Shown here: piece after piece, positions 28,068 through 32,000 of the stretch
How positions within the stretch are numbered: the first letter of the stretch is position 1
Layout: each line of letters begins with the position of its first letter
Assembly (NCBI RefSeq): GCF_000011125.1
Contig: NC_000854.2
Span: 1,170,001 to 1,202,000 of the forward strand
Reading direction: 5' to 3'
DNA: 32,000 nucleotides
DNA from: Aeropyrum pernix K1
GTDB lineage: Archaea > Thermoproteota > Thermoprotei_A > Sulfolobales > Acidilobaceae
The notes under the pieces: generated by a model
The model's database searches: none
What the model was told of the DNA's origin: nothing
What the model saw: the letters and a program-made list of their open reading frames with translations, nothing else
Position numbers and translations under genes: made by a program

Positions 28068-28322
28068 ATGGGGCAGACACTTAGGAAGATAGAGCTTACC
28101 GAGGAGGCGTTTAGGAGCTGTAGGGACAAGCCGCAGTACAGGTTTCTGGTGACGATAAGCGAGGCCAAGCCGGGGGAGGAGTTCGAGATAGTGGGCGAGG
28201 ACGCCATACTCAGCTTCGACACCGTCCTCTCGATACTTGAGGATGAGGGGTTCGAGTACGATATAGTGGAGAGGGACGATCTCCTGGGCACCTACACCGT
28301 CATAGCCAGGAAGAAAGGCTAG
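28068..28322 (+). CDS. Small protein, TusA/SirA-like fold possible
   Basis: 84-aa ORF (MGQTLRKIELTEEAFRSCRDKPQYRFLVTISEAKPGEEFEIVGEDAILSFDTVLSILEDEGFEYDIVERDDLLGTYTVIARKKG) with a charged, structured alpha/beta pattern; co-directional with the upstream cluster. Confidence 0.55.
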   Translation: MGQTLRKIELTEEAFRSCRDKPQYRFLVTISEAKPGEEFEIVGEDAILSFDTVLSILEDEGFEYDIVERDDLLGTYTVIARKKG

Positions 28323-29065
28323 GGCGGGGCGCAGCTCTCGAGTATCGACTCAAGAAACCTCCTCACCCTCTCACTACCCTCCACAAGCTCCGACGGCTTC
28401 CCCTCCTCCTTTACAATCCCATCTTCCATAAACGCCATCCTATCGGCAACTTTCACCGCGAAGTCGGCCTCATGCGTCACAACTATCATCGCCTTCCCTA
28501 GGGTTGCTACCCTGAATAGAGCCTCTAGAACATCAGCCCTCGACTCCGGGTCGAGGGCGCTTGTAGGCTCGTCGAGAAGCAGGATGTCGGGCTCCATAGC
28601 GAGGGCTCTAGCGAGAGCCGCCCTCTGCTGCTGGCCCCCGCTGAGCCTTGCCGGGTGTCGGTGCGCGAGGTCCTCGATTCCGAGCATAGACAGATATTTT
28701 ACCGCCCTCTCTTCCGCGTCTCTGCGGCTCAATCCAAGGGCCTTCTCCAGAGGGTATGTTATGTTCCTGAGAACGGTCATGTGGGGGAAGAGGCTGTAGC
28801 TCTGGGGGAGGTACCCTATCTTCCTCCTCACCATCCTGAGCTGGCTCCCTGAGAGCCTGGTTACATCCACACCCCTGAAAACTATCGACCCCGAGTCGGG
28901 TTCCACCAGCCTCGGTATGGCCTTGAGCAGGGTGCTCTTCCCCGAGCCCGAAGGCCCCATTATAACTAGCTTCTCTCCATAGCTCAGGCTAACGTCAACG
29001 CCCTTCAACACCTTTTCTCCCGAGTAGGAGACCACTAGGCCTCTTACCTCCAGAAGCCTGGCCAA
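28319..29065 (-). CDS. Polar amino-acid-type ABC transporter ATP-binding protein
   Basis: Walker A GPSGSGKST, Q-loop YLPQSY, signature LSGGQQQRAALARAL, Walker B ILLDEPTSALDPE, H-loop VVTHEADFA. Confidence 0.93.
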   Translation of the reverse strand: MARLLEVRGLVVSYSGEKVLKGVDVSLSYGEKLVIMGPSGSGKSTLLKAIPRLVEPDSGSIVFRGVDVTRLSGSQLRMVRRKIGYLPQSYSLFPHMTVLRNITYPLEKALGLSRRDAEERAVKYLSMLGIEDLAHRHPARLSGGQQQRAALARALAMEPDILLLDEPTSALDPESRADVLEALFRVATLGKAMIVVTHEADFAVKVADRMAFMEDGIVKEEGKPSELVEGSERVRRFLESILESCAPP

Positions 29066-29071
29066 CCCCCT

Positions 29072-29734
29072 CTACACCCACCTCTCGAAGCCAGGTATAG
29101 CCAGGCTCTTCTCAGCCCTCTTCAGCATCCTGAATGCGATCATTGAGAGCGCTAGGTATATAAGCGCTATTAGCAGGTAGGCCTCGAGAGCCCTGAACGT
29201 CGCGCTAACCATATACTCCCCCACCCTCGTAAGCTCCATCACGCCTATGACGCTGGCCAGGCTACTCTCCTTCAATAGTATGACGGTTTCGTTAGTCAAG
29301 CCTGGTATGGCGTTCCTCACGGCCTGAGGTATAACGACGCCCTTCATAATCTCTATCTCTGAGAGGCCCAGGCTCCGTGCCACAAGCATCTGCTCCTCGG
29401 GTATCCCCTTGATCGCAACCCTCAGTATCTCAGCCTGGTAGGCGCCGCTGTTTAACCCTATTGCTATGACCGCGGAGTAGAAGGCTGATAGATTGACTCC
29501 TAGGCTTGGGAGGCCGAAGAACACCATGAGTATCTGAACGAGTAGGGGAGTCCCCCTGAAGAAGTTTATATACGCCTCCGCCGCCATTCGCAGGGGTTTG
29601 AAGCCGAGGAACCTTGCAGCAGTCAGTATGAGGGATATTGTGAAGCCCATGGAGAGCGATATGATAGTTATGGCTAGAGTATACATTATCCCCCTTAATA
29701 TGAAGCTCTGATACTCTACAGCCAGGTCTAGCAT
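29072..29734 (-). CDS. Polar amino-acid-type ABC transporter permease
   Basis: HisM/GlnP-type permease motifs: YINFFRGTPLLVQILMVFFGLP, NSGAYQAEILRVAIKGIPEEQMLVARSLGLSEIEIMKGVVIPQAVRNAIPGLTNETVILLKESSLASVIGVMELT. Confidence 0.93.
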   Translation of the reverse strand: MLDLAVEYQSFILRGIMYTLAITIISLSMGFTISLILTAARFLGFKPLRMAAEAYINFFRGTPLLVQILMVFFGLPSLGVNLSAFYSAVIAIGLNSGAYQAEILRVAIKGIPEEQMLVARSLGLSEIEIMKGVVIPQAVRNAIPGLTNETVILLKESSLASVIGVMELTRVGEYMVSATFRALEAYLLIALIYLALSMIAFRMLKRAEKSLAIPGFERWV

Positions 29735-29837
29735 GCTCCCACGCCCGCTCGAAGCTAGCAGGCCTCAGCCTAACACTACGATGCCCACGGCTGTTTGGGA
29801 CTGCTAGATATGTGGGTAGGTGCTAGCGGGGAGCCGT

Positions 29838-30728
29838 CTAGCCTTGCTGTAGCCACTTCTCCATCTCCTGGTCTATGATCTTCTGGAGCTCCCCGCTCTG
29901 GATTAAGTCCCATATTATCGAGGACACCTCCTTCTTCAGCTCAAAGGCGCAGTGGGGGACAACCACTGTGCTACAGCCGAAGTAGGGTATCTGATCCACT
30001 ATCACCAGCCCCTCCTCAGCGGTCACTATAAGCCTCGCCACATCTGGAGCCGCAACCATAGCGTCTATCTTCCCCGTCTTAAGCGCTATGGTCATCTCCG
30101 GGTAAACCCTGTCGTAGGTAACTATCTCCGCCTTGTCTCCGAAGTACTTGTTGGCAAGCTCCTCCTCCACAGTCGCAGACTGCACGCCTATCTTCTTGCC
30201 AGCTAGCCAGTCGAAGCCCGTGTAGCCTGAGGCGTCCTCCGCCTTCACGATTATAGCCTTGCCTGTTTCGCACCTGTAGGGTATGGTGAAGTCTACCGCC
30301 TCAAGCCTCTCAGGCTTCATGGCAACATCCGCTATGACTATATCCACCTTACCGCTCTGCACGGCCTGGAAGAGGGCCGCGAACTTCATGTCAACTATCT
30401 CCAGCTGGACGCCGAGGCCGTCTGCTATTTTCTTGGCAAGCTCTATGTCTATCCCCGCGTAGCCGCCCTGCGGATCTATATACTCGTAGGGAGGCCAGTC
30501 GGCGCTAGTACCAACCTTGAGCACGCCCCTCTCCTTAATATTGTCGAGAAGACCGTAGCCTACTGAACACTTCTCCTGGAGGGCCTGCAACTCTGGCTGC
30601 ACCGTTTGGCCGCCGGAGAAGACCGCCTGATAGGCAGCAACCCCCAGCGCCAAACCCACAACAAGGGCTACAAGGGCGGCTGCCAGCAATTTAGGTTCAA
30701 ACACCGCCATTTCCATCGCCTCAACCAA
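29838..30728 (-). CDS. Amino-acid ABC transporter substrate-binding protein; ATG at 30716 is a plausible start
   Basis: Family 3 solute-binding pattern: ERGVLKVGTSADWPPYEYIDPQGGYAGIDIELAKKIADGLGVQLEIVDMKFAALFQAVQSGKVDIVIADVAMKPERLEAVDFTIPY; N-terminal TM/signal region. Confidence 0.93.
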   Translation of the reverse strand: MVEAMEMAVFEPKLLAAALVALVVGLALGVAAYQAVFSGGQTVQPELQALQEKCSVGYGLLDNIKERGVLKVGTSADWPPYEYIDPQGGYAGIDIELAKKIADGLGVQLEIVDMKFAALFQAVQSGKVDIVIADVAMKPERLEAVDFTIPYRCETGKAIIVKAEDASGYTGFDWLAGKKIGVQSATVEEELANKYFGDKAEIVTYDRVYPEMTIALKTGKIDAMVAAPDVARLIVTAEEGLVIVDQIPYFGCSTVVVPHCAFELKKEVSSIIWDLIQSGELQKIIDQEMEKWLQQG

Positions 30729-30770
30729 ACACCCATAACAAGCCTTTTTTAAAATATCGCTACAGTTGAA

Positions 30771-30780
30771 TTTTTATAAA
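30771..30780 (+). promoter_or_regulatory. TATA-box-like element (TTTTTATAAA) of the ACT-domain regulator gene
   Basis: AT-rich TATA element about 37-46 nt upstream of the GTG start at 30817, in a divergent intergenic region. Confidence 0.5.
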
Positions 30781-30788
30781 GACTAGTT

Positions 30789-30802
30789 GTTACAAATGTA
30801 AC
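30789..30802. promoter_or_regulatory. Perfect inverted repeat GTTACA-AA-TGTAAC, candidate operator
   Basis: Exact 6-bp arms with a 2-nt spacer, between the TATA-like element and the GTG start of the regulator-like gene. Confidence 0.5.
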
Positions 30803-30816
30803 CATAGGGGGTCCTA

Positions 30817-31536
30817 GTGTCCGGCGTCACAGCCAAGCTTGTGAGAGAGTACGTAGCAGGCGACCCCGTACTGCTTGAGTGCCTGAGGAAGGGGATAGTG
30901 AACTATAGCGCGCTTGCACGGAGGCTAGCGGAGGACCTCGAAAAGGCCACTGGGGAGAAGCACAGTGTAGTAGCGGTCAAAATGGCCTTGGTGAGGCTGG
31001 CTGAAAAGCTTGAGTCAGAGCCTATAGGTGAGATAGAGAGGATAATAGCCGCGAGCGCCCTCGCCGTGCAAGACTACATATCAGTCATAACAGTTCCCAG
31101 GGAAAGCATAACTAGAGCACTTAAGATTGTATCACAGCTTGGAGAAAACTCCAGATTCATACAGTTTGTCCAGAGCCTCAGAACCGCTACCATAATAGTT
31201 GCTTCTGAGGATAAGGAGAAGATTCTGGAGAGGCTGCAAAACGTTATAGAGGTTATAGACAGGCAGAGCGCGGTCATACTTGTAAGTCCCAGAAGCATAG
31301 TCACTACACCGGGTGTTGTAGCCTATATAACCGGTTTCCTGGCTAGAAGCGGAATCAACATAACCCAAGTTATATCATGCTATGTGGACACAATACTAGT
31401 CTTAAACTCTGAAGAAGCGAGCAAAGCCTACACACTACTACACAGGTTAATCGATGCTCTGAGACGGAAGTATAGCGTGGCGGAGGCAGCGGTCGGAACC
31501 GGTGGAGGCTCCACACAGCCCCTGCAGGGGGGCTAG
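30817..31536 (+). CDS. ACT-domain protein with N-terminal HTH-like region; candidate amino-acid-responsive regulator
   Basis: N-terminal helical region (ECLRKGIVNYSALARRLAEDLEKATGEKHSVVAVKMALVRLAEKL) and C-terminal ACT-like segment (GVVAYITGFLARSGINITQVISCYVDTILVLNSEEASKAYTLLHRLID). GTG start. Confidence 0.7.
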   Translation: MSGVTAKLVREYVAGDPVLLECLRKGIVNYSALARRLAEDLEKATGEKHSVVAVKMALVRLAEKLESEPIGEIERIIAASALAVQDYISVITVPRESITRALKIVSQLGENSRFIQFVQSLRTATIIVASEDKEKILERLQNVIEVIDRQSAVILVSPRSIVTTPGVVAYITGFLARSGINITQVISCYVDTILVLNSEEASKAYTLLHRLIDALRRKYSVAEAAVGTGGGSTQPLQGG

Positions 31537-31617
31537 GAGACGTGCAAAACTCCTCATCCCAGGATATAGTTCGGCTGGCGGCGAGGTTTTAAAGGGAGCC
31601 TGGAATACCCGCGAGTC

Positions 31618-32000
31618 CTACAGCTGCGGCACTATGTCCTGGGGAACAACAATCGAGCCTATCACGAAGTCTATTATTTCGACTGCCACGAAGATGCTCC
31701 CAGCTGATAGTAGGAGGTAGAGGGCTAGGTAGAAGTAGAAGGATGTTTTTGAGCCTGGTGTAACTCTTGTTACCACTGCACTATTGACTATAACGAGTGT
31801 TGTGACAAAAATAAGATTGAGTATAGGTAGGAGGCTAACGTCCATGGATCTGAAGGGGAAGATGCTGGCTATCTCGGGGGGTAGCTGGGTTGTGAGCTGT
31901 TGGAGTATGTTTGAGAATAGCTCAAGCAGCTTACTCATTATAAGCAGGATTATTATCGCCGCCCCGTGCATTATGAAGAGCGTTGAAGAGAAGGTGCTCG
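31618..32000 (-). CDS. Membrane protein, C-terminal part of an ORF running off the right edge; possibly GspF/ArlJ (type II secretion system F) family
   Basis: The frame is open to the window edge upstream of the listed Met at 31971 (STFSSTLFIMHGAAIIILLIMSKLLELFSNILQQL...). It has three hydrophobic segments arranged like the C-terminus of archaeal TadC/FlaJ-type proteins. Confidence 0.4.
   Translation of the reverse strand, partial: STFSSTLFIMHGAAIIILLIMSKLLELFSNILQQLTTQLPPEIASIFPFRSMDVSLLPILNLIFVTTLVIVNSAVVTRVTPGSKTSFYFYLALYLLLSAGSIFVAVEIIDFVIGSIVVPQDIVPQL

Noticed and set aside
27718-28291. Minus-strand ORFs 27718-27981 and 27953-28291
   Set aside because: Overlap the methyltransferase and the 84-aa plus-strand gene; Ser/Leu-rich and motif-free.

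Overview
This 32 kb window looks like an ordinary, gene-dense chromosomal stretch of a hyperthermophilic crenarchaeon (Desulfurococcales-like, possibly Aeropyrum; inferred from gene content and codon style, no database search). Contents in order: the RNA polymerase operon rpoH-rpoB-rpoA1 (minus strand, rpoA1 truncated at the left edge); a tRNA-Lys(UUU) with an apparent non-canonical 36-nt variable-loop intron; a metallophosphoesterase; TBP; tRNA-Leu(GAG); an AmmeMemoRadiSam radical SAM enzyme; an MscS channel next to a DUF432-like gene; a mevalonate cluster (HMG-CoA synthase, thiolase-like protein, DUF35 Zn-ribbon/OB protein, HMG-CoA reductase); a radical SAM/COG2100-like protein; a CitG-like protein; a rhomboid protease; CtaB/UbiA prenyltransferase and a membrane protein; a large secreted BNR-propeller/coiled-coil/TM surface protein; tRNA-Ala(UGC); an MTAP-led cluster with SIS-like, FucI-fold-like and methyltransferase genes; a polar amino-acid ABC transporter; a divergent ACT-domain regulator with a perfect palindrome at its promoter; and a partial membrane protein. 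I saw no CRISPR array, transposon or obvious defence island. The strongest observations are: (1) the thiolase in the mevalonate cluster has Glu where the catalytic Cys should be and contains no cysteine at all; (2) the variable-loop BHB intron in tRNA-Lys; (3) the MTAP-linked cluster with a FucI/AraA-fold protein and a SIS-like protein; (4) the palindrome at the ABC transporter/ACT regulator intergenic region; (5) a candidate ncRNA downstream of TATA-like elements near 11.1 kb.
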